Positions 1-13,577 of a stretch of 64,000 nucleotides of DNA are shown one piece after another. The notes beneath the pieces are model-generated. The model was not told the DNA's origin and ran no database searches. It saw only the letters and a program-made list of their open reading frames with translations. Position 1 is the first letter of the stretch. Every line of letters starts with the position of its first letter. A program made the position numbers and the translations under genes. This DNA is from Macrostomum hystrix (Eukaryota > Animalia > Platyhelminthes): NCBI GenBank assembly GCA_950097015.1, contig CATNEN010000012.1:992001-1056000 (forward strand), written 5' to 3'.

Positions 1-1283
1 TTTGTAACTAATTAGCTATTTGTGATATTTCTACAATTTCTACATTTTATGGGTTATAGAAATGTTTTCCCACTATTACATGTTGATCATTTGGAATTTG
101 TATATATAGTTGGTTACAAGCTATTGTACCTATAAAACAGATTTCAGAATCTAGAATGTGTCTTGTTAGAATATAAAATTACATTAAAAGTTTTCAAGAC
201 TAGACAAAATAAGAAGTAGCAAAGAAAGAATATTATTATGCATTATAAATATTATCTGAAGCCTTTTATTTAATTAAAAGAATCTAAAGTTTTAAAGAAA
301 GTAAAGCATAAATAGTAATGAATATTGATTTGTAAGTTTTTGATTTATTAAAAGTCATTATTAGTTTAAAAAATGATGACTAAAAGTCAGTTAAGTCTCT
401 AAAAGAAAAAATAAAGAACTTTACCATTTTAGTCAGACTACTATAAATATGAACATAGCATTGTTGAAAAGAAATATTTTTTCTTATGATTGAAATAATA
501 GAAATAATAGTTATTATAGGAAATTAATACTTTTCAGTTTGTTTACAATCCATTCAATAATATATAATTCTCCTTGTTAATAATGAATTAATTTTAAAAC
601 CATAATTTAGAAAAGAAAAATGTTAACAACAAAAAAGTTATTAATGTATTGTTTGATGTCTTATTCAATAAAGGAAGATAAGATTATTCATTCTAGTTAC
701 AAGACCTTAAATGTATGTTTTCAATTTTAGCTTAAGCTAATTGAAAAAAACTTAATCCACTTTGCATAGGCATGTCACATCAGCGGAAATAAAATTGAAA
801 TGATATTAAATACCCTATTGGAAAAGTTGACAATTGGCAGACAGTGTTTGGTATGCTTTTTGGATTTGTCTAAAGAGCAGCATGTGGGGCACTTTTCCTA
901 CTTAACTGCTACTTGAAAATATTTAAGCAGCCAGCAGAAAGAGGGATGGATTGGCCATGAAAACTGGCACAAACAGCATAAACCTTGACCATGGGGTGGT
1001 GCTAGGCTAAAGCACACCTTTCTCATTCCTTAATTTTAAAGTGTGTCCATGGATTTTGAACTTTTATTCCTATAGGGATTAGATAAAGGAAAAAAAGCTT
1101 AACTTTCTTTGTGACACTGTTCAAAATAGCTAATTTGCTAAATAATAACTTTTCTTAGCTAACCAGTGTTTTTATACCCCACCTTTTATCATTTTAGAGT
1201 CAACGTTGCTAGGAACCTTGGAGTCCTAATCTAGCATTTTTAATCTTAATATATTCTAATCTAACTCAATTCAACATTCAACA

Positions 1284-2219
1284 ATGGGAGAAGGTGGAGC
1301 TTACATGAAGGACCTGTCGTTCGCTGAGAACTTCGGCCTGTCTGGTGCTGCTGCTGTCATCTCCAAGACTGCTGCTGCCCCAATTGAGCGTGTTAAGTTG
1401 CTAGTGCAGAACCAGGCCGAGATGATCAAGGCTGGCCGCCTCGACAAGCCCTACAGTGGTGTCGTCGACTGCACTGTGCGCACCTTCCGCACCGAGGGCC
1501 TGCTGCCATTCTGGCGTGGCAACCTGGCCAACTGCATCCGTTACTTTCCCACTCAGGCGCTGAACTTCGCTTTCAAGGACCAGATCAAGGCCATCTTCAA
1601 TCCGTCCAAGAAGGACTCTTACCTGGTGTCCTTCGGCAAGAACGTCGCCAGCGGTGGCGCCGCCGGTGCCATGTCCCTTTGCTTCGTGTACTCTCTAGAC
1701 TATGCCCGTACCCGTCTGGCTAACGACACCAAGTCAGTTAAGAAGGGCGGCGAGCGCCAGTTCAACGGCCTGGTGGATGTGTACCGCAAGACTCTAGCCT
1801 CCGACGGCTTCGTTGGACTGTACCGCGGCTTCGTCATCTCCTGCGTTGGTATCATCGTGTACCGCGGCTTCTACTTCGGTCTGTACGATACCCTGAAGCC
1901 TATCATGCTGGGCGACAATGCCGGCATGGTTCTCAGCTTCGCCCTGGGCTACACTGTAACCATCACCGCCGGCCTCATCTCCTACCCGATCGACACCATC
2001 CGTCGTCGCATGATGATGACCAGCGGTCAGGCCGTCAAGTACAAGGGCAGCATCGACTGCGCCGTGCAGATCATGAAGACCGAAGGCTTCATGAGCATGA
2101 TGAAGGGAGCCGGAGCCAACATTCTCCGCGGTGTGGCCGGCGCCGGTGTTTTGGCTGGCTTCGACAAGTTCAAGGAGATCTACGTGTCCTTCCGTGTGCC
2201 TAAGAAGCCCAAGAATTAA
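1284..2219 (+). CDS. ANT: Mitochondrial ADP/ATP carrier (adenine nucleotide translocase), intronless, fungal/plant-like subtype
   Basis: 311-aa ORF with carrier motifs PIERVK and [29 protein letters not shown], and the ANT signature RRRMMM. Confidence 0.97.
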   Translation: MGEGGAYMKDLSFAENFGLSGAAAVISKTAAAPIERVKLLVQNQAEMIKAGRLDKPYSGVVDCTVRTFRTEGLLPFWRGNLANCIRYFPTQALNFAFKDQIKAIFNPSKKDSYLVSFGKNVASGGAAGAMSLCFVYSLDYARTRLANDTKSVKKGGERQFNGLVDVYRKTLASDGFVGLYRGFVISCVGIIVYRGFYFGLYDTLKPIMLGDNAGMVLSFALGYTVTITAGLISYPIDTIRRRMMMTSGQAVKYKGSIDCAVQIMKTEGFMSMMKGAGANILRGVAGAGVLAGFDKFKEIYVSFRVPKKPKN

Positions 2220-5200
2220 GGACTTAGGATGAGATCAAAGTAGACTTCGGGAATAAAACCCTAAATTATTATTTATTATTAACAACTTGCAAAACTCTAA
2301 GCCGGGGGGGGCATGACGTTTGTGTCGTTATTTTCCCCCTGGGACTACTCCTAAACTGGGTAAATTACCAATTTAGTGCGGCGAGCTGAACGTTAATTAA
2401 AAAAATTGCCATCAGACCCAAGAGGTAATCACAAAATATTAGCAAGTCATTGACGATTTCGATCCCTGCAACAGCGACTCAGAAGCAAATTTACCAAAAC
2501 GATTAGCTACCCGAGTACTCATTATATTTTAAGTTTGAGTGTTTTAGTAAATCATAGTTAGCCTTAGAAAATTTTCGCGTTTGTCTGTTTTCCCCTTACT
2601 TTACGGCCCGAGTTCCCGTACTTTTTTTCTGTTCCCCAGTCTAGCTCTGTTTGGTTCACACAATTTTCATAAGCCTAATATTTAGTAATTACAATTATAC
2701 ACCGGCAGAACTATTTAGTCCACCTCCCTGTCTATCAGTTTGGACGCAAAAGAAAACGCACTTTTTGTCTCATTTAATTATTTAGCCTCAGATTTGTAGC
2801 CTCGCTTTAGTAGTCGATGGTCTCTATCTAAATGTTATAAGCATCTCATGGAGATTGATTTGCTTAGGGGTGCAGGTCGCAACTTCTTGTCAATGAAATG
2901 TGTGCTGTTTAAGTTAGACTATTTTTTACCAATTTAGTTTCTCGCCTCCAACTTGGTGAAGCTTTCACCAACGGCAAGGCCATTTCAAGCAGTTTTTAGA
3001 TTGAGACGTGACCGCCAGTCGCTTGTGTCTTGAAACACCTATTTCAGAATCTAATTTATAGCACGCATCGAGACAGATTCATGCGCTTGCCATCTTCTAA
3101 GTGTGCTTTTCGGGTGACAAACAGAAAAATAGTTGATAAATAAATTTGCTTTCAAATAAAATCATGAGCGACCCAACAGAAACATCCTATCGCAGTTCGT
3201 TAATGCGTTAGAAATAATGAATTGTGCTGCTTGAACGTTTTCTTTATCTTCTTTTATCTATTTTGCAGCATGGTAGGATAGGCTAAATTGCTTGTCAGCA
3301 GGTTGTTTTAACTGGATTTTAGGAGAAAATTCTGAATATCAATAATTCTGTGGAACTGCAGCAACAGGCTGATTGCATATGCCAGGCTAAAACTTGCTAT
3401 GCAAATTAAAGCAAAGCAAACCAGTTAGTTTAACCAGACCACGCCAAACTCGAAACTGGAGTACTGAGGCCAGTCTGCCCGTTTGGTGGGCTCCACTTGC
3501 CTGCCCTTTGCTGCACGCAGTGTACGCGTGTATGTGCATTCATGCAAGTATTTCAGCGGATGCAATGAGGCCAAGCAATGTTGAAACCCCTAGCCTTTGC
3601 CACTCTCTTACCCCCCATACTCGAGCTCTTGTCCTCTATGCAACTGCCTTTTTTCTCAAGGTCTGGCGGCTTTTATCATTATGCAGAAGTTTTGTGCGTC
3701 ACGACTCCTTTCCTGCGAGGACAACCCAGTCCAACCCACATTAACCTGCGCTTCAATGCACGAACCGTCTGCGCTGGGACTTTGACCTGCTGCAGGTTTT
3801 TTCATTCATTCTCTGCTAGTCTTCAGGCCGGTGTTCCACATTGCAATTATAATCGTGTATGTACGTTCAGCTACAGTATCATTCGTTAGTTAACTCATAT
3901 CTCGTGTGCTGCACTGCTGCTCCACTGTCAGCCACACCATATTTATTTCAATGCATTTCCTAACAGTTAACACCATGGTCCTTCAATTTGCTACCTGCTT
4001 TCAAATGCTTTCTTATACTTATACTAAAGTATCTCAGGACAAAATAAGCTAGAGTTCGTGCGTGGCAAGCTTCTAGGCTAGAAGAAAACTTCTAGGCTCT
4101 TTAAGATTAGATAAACTGCTTTATATTTAGACCCATTTTCTAGTTCTTAATTTTGTTTCACTGGCTTGCTGCGCTGAAAAACTGAATTATGCTAAGCATA
4201 TAGAGCTACTATAGTGCTACTATATTTATAAAGCTACTATAGTGCAACCTTTGATGTCTAATGCACGTGTTTCAAAAATTCAAGCTTGTCAAAGTAAATT
4301 AACGACATTCATTAAAAAGTAGCATTTTTGTCGGAAACGTTAAACGATAAACATAGAAAATTTTGTTATGTATGAGTTTAGAGGCGATAATATCGACGCG
4401 CAACTTAGCTATTCCAGAACTTCATTCACTCTCTACTTATTTTACTAGTCAATCAAAGTTTAAAATCCACATTTCTACGATCTCGAAATATGCGCTTGTC
4501 ATCACGACGAAATTAGAAATAGGATTCAAACATATTATTTTATCGTTAAATTGAAAACCATTTGTTCAGGGAGCAATAATAACGCTTCATATTTAGGAGT
4601 TGCATTATAAATGTGTGCATTTAGTGGTAGAATAGTATATCGTGTAATTTGTATGGTACGGGTAAAATTGGTTGCTATGACATACAGCAAACAAAGTGGG
4701 AAGTGGGTGGCATGGTAATAGAGTCATGGACATGTTTTGGGTCTGCATTGAGTGCCAAGACATTCACGATGTCGTGATGTGTAGGCTATCGATTGTTGTA
4801 TAAATAAATAAGCATTAGTTTGTCTTCTAAAGAGTATATGTAGGCCTATATGTAATGTAACACTTAAAGTGATTTGTGCAGTGATGAGCAATGTAAGAAA
4901 TATGGCAATTAGCTCTTAAAATATAATAGTATAAAATGTGCATAAAAATTGAATGGTAGTACAAGACTATTTAAATCAATAAAAAGTTATGCCTTTTAGC
5001 TTTTACTCTGAAAGGCCTTAGTCTTTAAAATTTTATTTATTGTTTTCATTGTTTTTTCTAATCATGATCATACAATTTCTTATAGATTTTATTAATGTGC
5101 ATTCTTAAAAGAGATAATTCTAGCCTAATACTTTTAAGCTAAGTTGTTTTTATTCTGTTTTAAGTTTTGTTATATTTCATTTCTTTGTGTAACTAAGTCA

Positions 5201-5536
5201 GTTTGTCTTTTTGAATTGAATAGTTTTTTTTATTACTATTCCTAAACAAATTGTTTAATTGATTATTCTTTTCAGCCTTTTGAAAATTAAAACAAATATA
5301 AGGTTTCTGATGATAAGGAAATTTACTTGTAAGTGTTTTGTGACTTTTTAAGCTTTTAGCTTTCGAATGAAGCAAACACAGTTTTAGCAATGCATTAACA
5401 AAATAGCAGCAAATTTAGATAATAGTTTAAACTTAAGTATTCTATTTTGTTTTCATACTTTGCCCCAACAAATGTATTTGCTTTATTTGTTAAATTGTCT
5501 TTAGCTGCAGCATTCAGTAGTTTAAAACTAGGAAGA

Positions 5537-7990
5537 ATGGCAACGGTTAACAGTGGCAGCTATGCCAATGGGGCTCTGGCTGATAAAAAGGACTCTGCAA
5601 GGCGATTGGCTGCCAATATGGCTGTTGATGAGAATCTTCAGGTCTGTTGATTTTTTGTTATGAAAAATATATCATTTTATTTCTGAAACTTCATGTCTTT
5701 TTGTTTAGATTTCCATGAAATAGGCTTTTCAAGAAGTAGCGTCAGCACACTGAATGTCAGGCCAGTAGTGTCAGCACACTGAATGTCAGGCCAGTAGCAT
5801 CAGCACACTGAATTCCAGGGCAGTAGTGTCTGCATACAGAATGCCAGGGCAGTAGTGTCAGCACACTGAATGTCAGGGCAGTAGTGTCAGCACACTGAAT
5901 GTCAGGCCAGTAGTGTCAGCACACTGAATGCCAGGGCAGTAGTGTCCGCATACTGAATGCCAGGGCAGTAGTGTCAGCACACTGAATGTCAGGGCAGTAG
6001 TGTCAGCACACTGAATGCCAGGGCAGTAGTGTCCGCATACTGAATGTCAGGGCAGTAGTGTCAGCACACAGAATGTCAGGCCAGTAGTGTCAGCACACTG
6101 AATGTCAGACCAGTAGTGTCGCATAATGAATGTCAGGGCAGTAGTGTCAGCACACTGAATGTCAGGCCAGTAGTGTCAGCACACTGAATGTCAGACCAGT
6201 AGTGTTGCATAATGAATGTCAGGGCAGTAGTGTCAGCACACTGAATGTCAGGCCAGTAGTGTCAGCACACTGAACGCTGCAGTAGCATCAATGCATTGAG
6301 TTCTTAATACTCGTATTTCAGAACTGCCAGACCATTGGAATCGGCTCGGGTCGTACCATGGTATTTGTTGTTGAGCGCATTGGTATGTACTTCTCGAAAT
6401 AGCAGAAAACATGGTGATGATTTAAAAAATCAGCTTATTTGTTGCAAATCTTAGCTGATTTTCCCCATTAATTTTTTAGCTGAACTCTTGAAGCAACGTG
6501 GTTGGTCAGTAAAATGTGTACCGACTTCGTATCAGGTAAGAGTTCGTTAATTTGCCTACTTAAAAGTACGAAGTAAGAAAAACTTACAGGTGTAGTGCAG
6601 TTTCTATAAAAAATTAAGACTGCTTGAGCACTGTGTTTTCCACTTTTGAGCGCACTTTTAGGTTCAGAATAGAAATAGATATAGAAATGTAATAATATAG
6701 CCACAGGCGCAGCTATTTCGCGGCGCATTCAAAGACTGTACAACTGTTCAGTCCGCGGACTGGAGAGCCGTCACACCACCCACCCGGATTTCTACCCCAG
6801 CTGATGCGGGTGCCAATCAAACTAAAACTATTCCACTGATTGAAGTACATCAAGCATTGAATCTGTTTTATAGGCTAAGCAGCTGATCCGTGAGCACGGC
6901 ATGCCCCTGGCTGAGCTGGAGTTCTGCTCCGGCCCGCTGGACTGGTCCGTAGACGGCGCTGATGAAGTTGACGCCAACCTGTCGCTTATCAAAGGCGGCG
7001 GCGGCTGCCTACTGCAGGAGAAGATAGTTGACACAGCGGCCAAATCCTTGGTGATTGTCTGCGATGAGGCCAAGATTAGCCGACAGTTTGGCGAGCGATG
7101 GCGCGCCGGCATTCCGATTGAGGTTGTTCCGATTGCCTGGGCGCTGGTTAAGCGGCGCATAGAGACACAGTTTGGCGGCCTGGCCGTACTGCGAGAGTCG
7201 GCCGGAAAGATGGTCAGTTCCTGTGCCTGCCGGTCTTTCAGTCTGGCTGTCTGTCTGTTTGCTTGAATTGACTTTCTTTTGGCGGGGTTCAGCTATCAAG
7301 ATAGTTTAAACATTTTTTTTCACAGGGCCCGGTGGTGACGGACAATGGCAATTTTCTACTCGACTGGCAATTCGATCGGCAGCACAAATGGGACCAGGTC
7401 GATCAGGACCTGCACATGATGCCCGGTAGCTTTTCGAGCAGTTTCATATGCTCATTAAAAGTCCCCAGTTGGCCGTTTATCCCCATAGAAATTCGCCAGT
7501 TTAACCTGTCATCCCCATAGAAATTCGCAACTTTAACCGGTGAAATTTCCCATAAAAATCCCGGATTTAACCAGTTATCGCTTATCCCCACAGAAAGCCC
7601 CAAGTTAAACTGTTATGCCATTGAAATCCCCCTGTTAACCAGGTATCCCATAAAAATCCCCGTTGTAACCAGTTATCCCCATAGAAATCCCCGATGTAAC
7701 CAGTTATCCCCATAGAAATCTCCCAGTTACCGTTTATCCACATTGAAATCTCCAATTTAACTGGCTATCCCAAAGCAAATCCTTCAGTAACAGTTCATAT
7801 ATAACTCCCTAGTTATGCTATTCCCATCATATAGTACTTAAATTAAAAAAATCGCATCCATACCGCTTTACATACTGCAGGCCTGGTGGATACTGGCCTG
7901 TTCATCGGCAAGGCTGCCGCCGTTTATGTTGGCAAATTTGACGGCGGAGTTGATAAACTGCTGCCGCCTGACCGTCAATTGGTCGATTGA
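5537..7990 (+). CDS. rpiA: Ribose-5-phosphate isomerase A, 6 exons: 5537-5641, 6322-6382, 6480-6535, 6874-7212, 7326-7425, 7881-7990
   Basis: The phase-consistent GT-AG exon chain gives GIGSGRT, CVPTSYQ, DGADEVD, LIKGGGG, EKIV, IPIEV, VTDNGN and PGLVDTGLF, all RpiA motifs. Confidence 0.95.
5735..6290. repeat. 29-bp minisatellite (CCAGTAGTGTCAGCACACTGAATGTCAGG) in rpiA intron 1
   Basis: About 19 directly visible tandem units with small variants. Confidence 0.95.
6700..6815 (-). mobile_element. 3' fragment of SINE family 1 in rpiA intron 3
   Basis: Similar to 20250-20350 (GCAGCTATT.CGCGGCGCAT...CTGTTCAGTCC...CCCAGCTGATGC). Confidence 0.7.
7455..7790. repeat. Degenerate tandem repeat (CCAGTTATCCCCATAGAAATCCCC-like) in rpiA intron 5
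   Basis: Recurrent diverged units visible by eye. Confidence 0.7.
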
Positions 7991-8624
7991 CTATAGTTTA
8001 AACATACTTGATTGTAGCTACTTTCAGTAGGATGCAAAGTAAATAGCAAACAAAATTGTTAGTGCTTGTTTATTAAGCATTTCAAGTACGAGCGTATCTG
8101 TAGGATGCCAATGTGTATATTTTTATCTGCCAGAGCTTTAACGTTAAATTGTTTACATGCTACTGGTAAATTCTAAATGAGATAACGCAGGTCACATTAA
8201 ATATTTGTGTGCGTTGTTAATGGTGCAATATGAAAAGTTGTATTGATCAGTAATTTTGATTTGGCGATCATTCTGTACAATGATCTCGTACAATGATTCC
8301 ACTCTCATCGTTCCACACCGTCTTTTTGTTTCTTGTTACTTTTTAGTCGTTAGTTTTTTGCCGTTTCAAGTCTCGTCAATGTATCATGTCATGTGTCAAC
8401 GATTAACATGGTGCATTACGAACAGGTGGTGTAAAATGCCAGGTTGTAAGGCTTTTATTTCAATGCCCAACACCCGCTGTAATGTTATCAACACTTGGCG
8501 GTCTAAAGCATTCTACAGATACAAACATTAAAATACAGACAAGTCGCTCACAGCTTTTTGTGCGGAATAAATTAGTGCAACTCTGATGAATTGATTTACA
8601 TTTTTTTAAATACCCTAATGAAAT

Positions 8625-9220
8625 TCCCTACACCACATTCCTAACATCCCATATTCCCTACACCCCACATTCCCTACACTCCACATTCCCTACACTGTAC
8701 ATTCCCTACACTCCACATTCCCTACACTCCACATTCCCTACACTGTACATTCTATACACCATATTCCCTACACTGTACATTCCCTACACTCCACATTCCC
8801 TACACCCCATATTCCCTACACCCCACATTCCCTAAACCCCATATTCCCTACACTCCACATTACCTACACCCCATATTCCCTACACTCCACATTCCCTACA
8901 CTGTACATTCCCTACACCCATATTCCCTACACTCCACATTACCTACACCCCATATTCCCTACACTCCACATTCCCTACACTGTACATTCCCTACACCCAT
9001 ATTCCCTACACTCCACATTACCTACACCCCATATTCCCTACACTCCACATTCCCTACACTGTACATTCCCTACACCCATATTCCCTACACTCCACATTCC
9101 CTACACCCCATATTCCCTACACTCCATATTCCCTACACTCCATATTCCCTACACTCCACATTCCCTACACTGTACATTCCCTACACCCCATATTCCCTAC
9201 ACCCCACATGCCCTATACCA
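8625..9220. repeat. 16/17-bp C-rich minisatellite (CATTCCCTACACTCCA)
   Basis: Tandem units directly visible. Confidence 0.95.
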
Positions 9221-10123
9221 TACATAATATTTCGAAAGTATGAAACTCTTTAGACAAAAAACATAACAGAAAAGCCAATATGACAAAATGTCAATAAAAC
9301 ATATTTAGGGAAAAGTTTGTCTCTATCGTAACACGAAAATAGCGTTCTATTTCTTTGACACATGCCAGCCATTATAAAATCAAAAGAGGGAATGTTTGTG
9401 CAGTGTTTGTGTGACTCATTTTGCTAAATAAACGAGACACGCGCCGGATATGCCGTGTTTTTTAATATAAAAATACCTCTATATACCTAGTGTGATATTG
9501 TTGATTGGGCAGAATGGATTGCTTATTAAAAACTAAATCTGTGGATTCTGATCAGAAAGTAGACACCAATTAACACCACTGCCAGACATTGATGGGATGT
9601 TGTGTGTGACCGCAGAATTAATAGTTAGTATAACAATAATAATTATTGTGAATATACTGTAGTAGGGGCATATCACCAATCATGATTGTTATGGCAGTTG
9701 TAAGCGAAGATAGCATTAATAAACAGTTTTAACCATTTGTAGCACTCATGCCACCGCTACTAGGACTAGACTTAAAAAGTTAATTCACAAATTATGTTAT
9801 AACAAAAATAAAAGTACAAGCTCAGGTTAGCCAACAACATGCAGGTTATTGTAACAAAATAAAACCAGTGCTGGACATTTGTTCGATTATAAAGCTTAAA
9901 AAATATTTCTTGATTATCAATCCTTTCTAGGAAAGCTAACATACTGTGTCCAACACGGTTGGAGATAATTAGTAAACCAAATCAACATCATAGCAACAAT
10001 AACCTGCGTGCGAGATTCACTTGTGCGACTATTGTAAGGGAACAAAGAACTAGATAGGGAAGATCACATAGATCCACACCACACAATTTAAAACAAGCGC
10101 AGCTAAACATGATATTGTCCAAA

Positions 10124-13100
10124 TCACTTGGATGCCTGCGGTTGCTGCGGTTGCTGCTGATCCAGCTCTTCTTTAAACAGCGGATTTCTCACCTCCATCT
10201 CGCCAGTCTGTATAGAAAGAAGGTTAGATTCATAGGGCACAGTAATATGGATGGGTTTTTCAGTAAGTATTAATGGGCTGGAAATATCCCAGAATCCACT
10301 GGTGGGTCAAAACGCGAAATCCCATAATCCACTAGTGGGTCAAGACGCGAAATCCCATAATCCACTGGTGGGTCAAGACGCGAAATCCCATAATCCACTA
10401 GTGGGTCAAGACGCGAAATCCCATAATCGACTGGTTGGTCAAGACACAAAATCCCATAATCCACTGGTTGGTCAAGACACCAAATCCCATAATCCACTGG
10501 TTGGTCAAGACACCAAATCCCATAATCCACTGGTGAGTCAAGACACAAAATCCCATAATCCACTGGTTGGTCAAGACACCAAATCCCATAATCCACTGGT
10601 GAGTCAAGACACAAAATCCCATAATCTACTGGTGGGTCAAGCAAGACACCAAATCCCATAATTCACTGTTGGGTCAAGACACCAAATCCAACAATGCACA
10701 GGTGGGTCAAGACACCAAATCCAACAATGCACAGGTGGGTCAAGACACCAAATCCAACAATGCACAGGTGGGTCAAGACACCAAATCCAACAATGCACAG
10801 GTGGGTCAAGACACCAAATCCAACAATGCACAGGTGGGTCAAGACACCAAATCCAACAATGCACAGGTGGGTCAAGACACCAAATCCAACAATGCACAGG
10901 TGGGTCAAGACACCAAATCCAACAATGCACAGGTGGGTCAAGACACCAAATCCAACAATGCACAGGTGGGTCAAGCGAGACCCAGGCACCCAGCCCACAG
11001 CAGTTACGCATGCAACACAAAGCACTAACCGTAGCTAGGCCAGGACACTCGAAGACTGTAAAGTCGGCGTCCTCATTCTCCAGATCAGAGTCAATGTCAG
11101 ATGCGCCGTGCTTGTCATCGCCATTTGACCTAAATTTTTGTTAAAAATGATAACATAAATAGTCATATGGAATATATTTCGGAAAATATATAGAATTAAG
11201 AAGGCTTCATACTTCTCCAGGGCCATCATCTGCTGCTTCTGATGCTGGTAGTGATACATCTGGGCACTGAGAGCTAGCTTTCCATCACCGGGATGACCGC
11301 TGCTACCTTTCAGCTGATGTGGTGCGAAGTCAGAGTCAACAAACTCGTCATCGGCCTGCTTGGCCACCGCGTTATACCTGCGAGTGTGACGGTCGCATTT
11401 GCAACTTTGATCGTGCAACTAGACCAGGGATCGGAAAAATTATTAGCTTGCGGGCCTTGAGACAGGGGAATTATAAGCTTGAGAGATGAGACAGGGGAAA
11501 GATAAGACAGGTGAGATATGAGACAGGGGAGAGATAAGACAGGGGAAAGATAAGACAGGTGAGAGATGAGACAGGGGAAAGATAAGACAGGTGAGAGATG
11601 AGACAGGTGAGAGATGAGACAGGGGAGAGATAAGACAGGGGAAAGATAAGACAGGTGAGAGATGAGACAGGGGAATTATAAGCTTGAGAGATGAGACAGG
11701 GGAAAGATAAGACAGGTGAGATATGAGACAGGGGAGAGATAAGACAGGGGAAAGATAAGACAGGTGAGAGATGAGACAGGGGAAGATAAGACAGGTGAGA
11801 GATAAGACAGGTGAGAGATGAGACAGGGGAGAGATAAGACAGGGGAAAGATAAGACAGGTGAGAGATGAGACAGGGGAAAGATAAGACAGGTGAGAGATG
11901 AGACAGGGGAGAGATGAGACTGGGGAAAGATAAGACAGGTGAGATATGAGACAGGGGAGAGATAAGACAGGGGAAAGATAAGACAGGTGAGAGATGAGAC
12001 AGGGGAAAGATAAGACAGGGGAAAGATAAGACAGGTGAGAGATGAGACAGGGGAGAGATAAGACAGGTGAGAGATGAGACAGGTGAGAGATGAGACAGGG
12101 GAGAGATAAGACAGGGGAAAGATAAGACAGGTGAGAGATCAGACAGGGGAAAGATAAGACAGGTGAGAGATGAGACAGGGGAGAGATGAGACTGGGGAAA
12201 GATAAGACAGGTGAGAGATGAGACAGGGGAAAGATAAGACAGGGGAAAGATAAGACAGGTGAGAGATGAGACAGGGGAGAGATAAGACAGGGGAAAGATA
12301 AGACAGGTGAGAGATGAGACAGGGGAAAGATAAGACAGGTGAGAGATGAGACAGGGGAGAGATAAGACAGGGAAAAGATAAGACGGGATAGATGAGACAG
12401 CAGATAGAGGAGACAACGGAGAGATGAGACACGGCCGTGAGATGAGACACAGGATAGAGGAGGCAACGGAGAGACGAGACACGGGGGAGATGAGACAGGG
12501 GAGAGATGAGACAGCGGATAGATAAGACAACGGAGAGATGAGACAGAGAAGATATGACAGGGGGAGATGAGACACGGCCGAGAGATGAGACACGGAAGAG
12601 ATGAGACAGGGGAGAGATGAGATACGGGGTAGAGGAGACAACGGAGAGGTGAGACAGGGATGGATGAGACACGGGAGATTTGGGACAGGGGAGAGATGAA
12701 GCAGGATACTGTAGGTGTCAGAAGTGGCAACGGTTTGGGAGCTTCTAGGGCCGCATTTGGACCGGAGTTTGCCGACCCCTGTACAAAATCTTGTTGTCAA
12801 TTTCTTAGTTTGAACATAATCACTTAAAAAAGTTTACCCACTCTAATAGCAAAGCACTCTTAGGACTCATTTGTTCCTTTGAATTAAGCACACGGAACAT
12901 CTTATTTTCTTTGGCTTATAAGCCCCAATTAGCAAAACACAAGGCGTGAAAATGTGAGAATTTGGTCAGGTGGTTAAAGCCAGTTGTGTTGCGTTATAAA
13001 AGACATAGACACAGGTGCTGTGTCCTTTACAAGTGCCCCTAAAGACTCGGTAAGTGGGAAACGCTACATTCGTATGGTGTTCTTACTTGAACCAGCAGAT

Positions 13101-13546
13101 GGCGCAGATGATGATTAACAGCAGGCCCAGACCGGTGGTTGTGCCAACGATGACTGTGGGCAGATGAAAATGTTTAGTGAAGGTAAGCTTTAATCACTGT
13201 GACGTCATTGTGACGCAAATCTTGCTTTATTGCCTAATCAAAGCAGAATTTTAAGGATAAAAAACCAACACACAGCAGTGAGGTAAATAAATAATAAGCA
13301 AAGCAGATATGAACACGCACTGTAGAAAACAGCATCGCCGTTTCCCGGTTGATAGCGTTTTAGCCTGCCCGGCAGCGGATCACCTGAGGTGCCGTTGCCG
13401 GGGTCGGCTCGAGCGCTCAGCTGCAGATCCGCATCTGGGGAGGCTGGGTGGAGTAGGGATGAAGCATGCAAACATTTAATTGTCACTGGAATCAGTGGAA
13501 TGCGGATGGCGTTGCAAGTAAGTTGACTTACCTTTATCAGCTGAAT

Positions 13547-13577
<31 letters not shown>

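Noticed and set aside
1180-1200. AT-rich outron and acceptor-like TTTTAG upstream of ANT (similar signals near 5515 for rpiA), suggesting spliced-leader trans-splicing
   Set aside because: This cannot be distinguished from a cis-spliced 5' UTR intron without transcript data.
2900-3100. Possible hAT transposase C-terminal remnant (DWRSRLNLKT) on the minus strand
   Set aside because: Only ~10 residues, with stops on both sides; insufficient evidence.
3640-3940. Possible degenerate Tc1/mariner transposase on the minus strand (VPAQTVRALKRRL...)
   Set aside because: The similarity is short, interrupted by stops, with no TIRs or DDE motif found; it would need a tBLASTn/HMM test.
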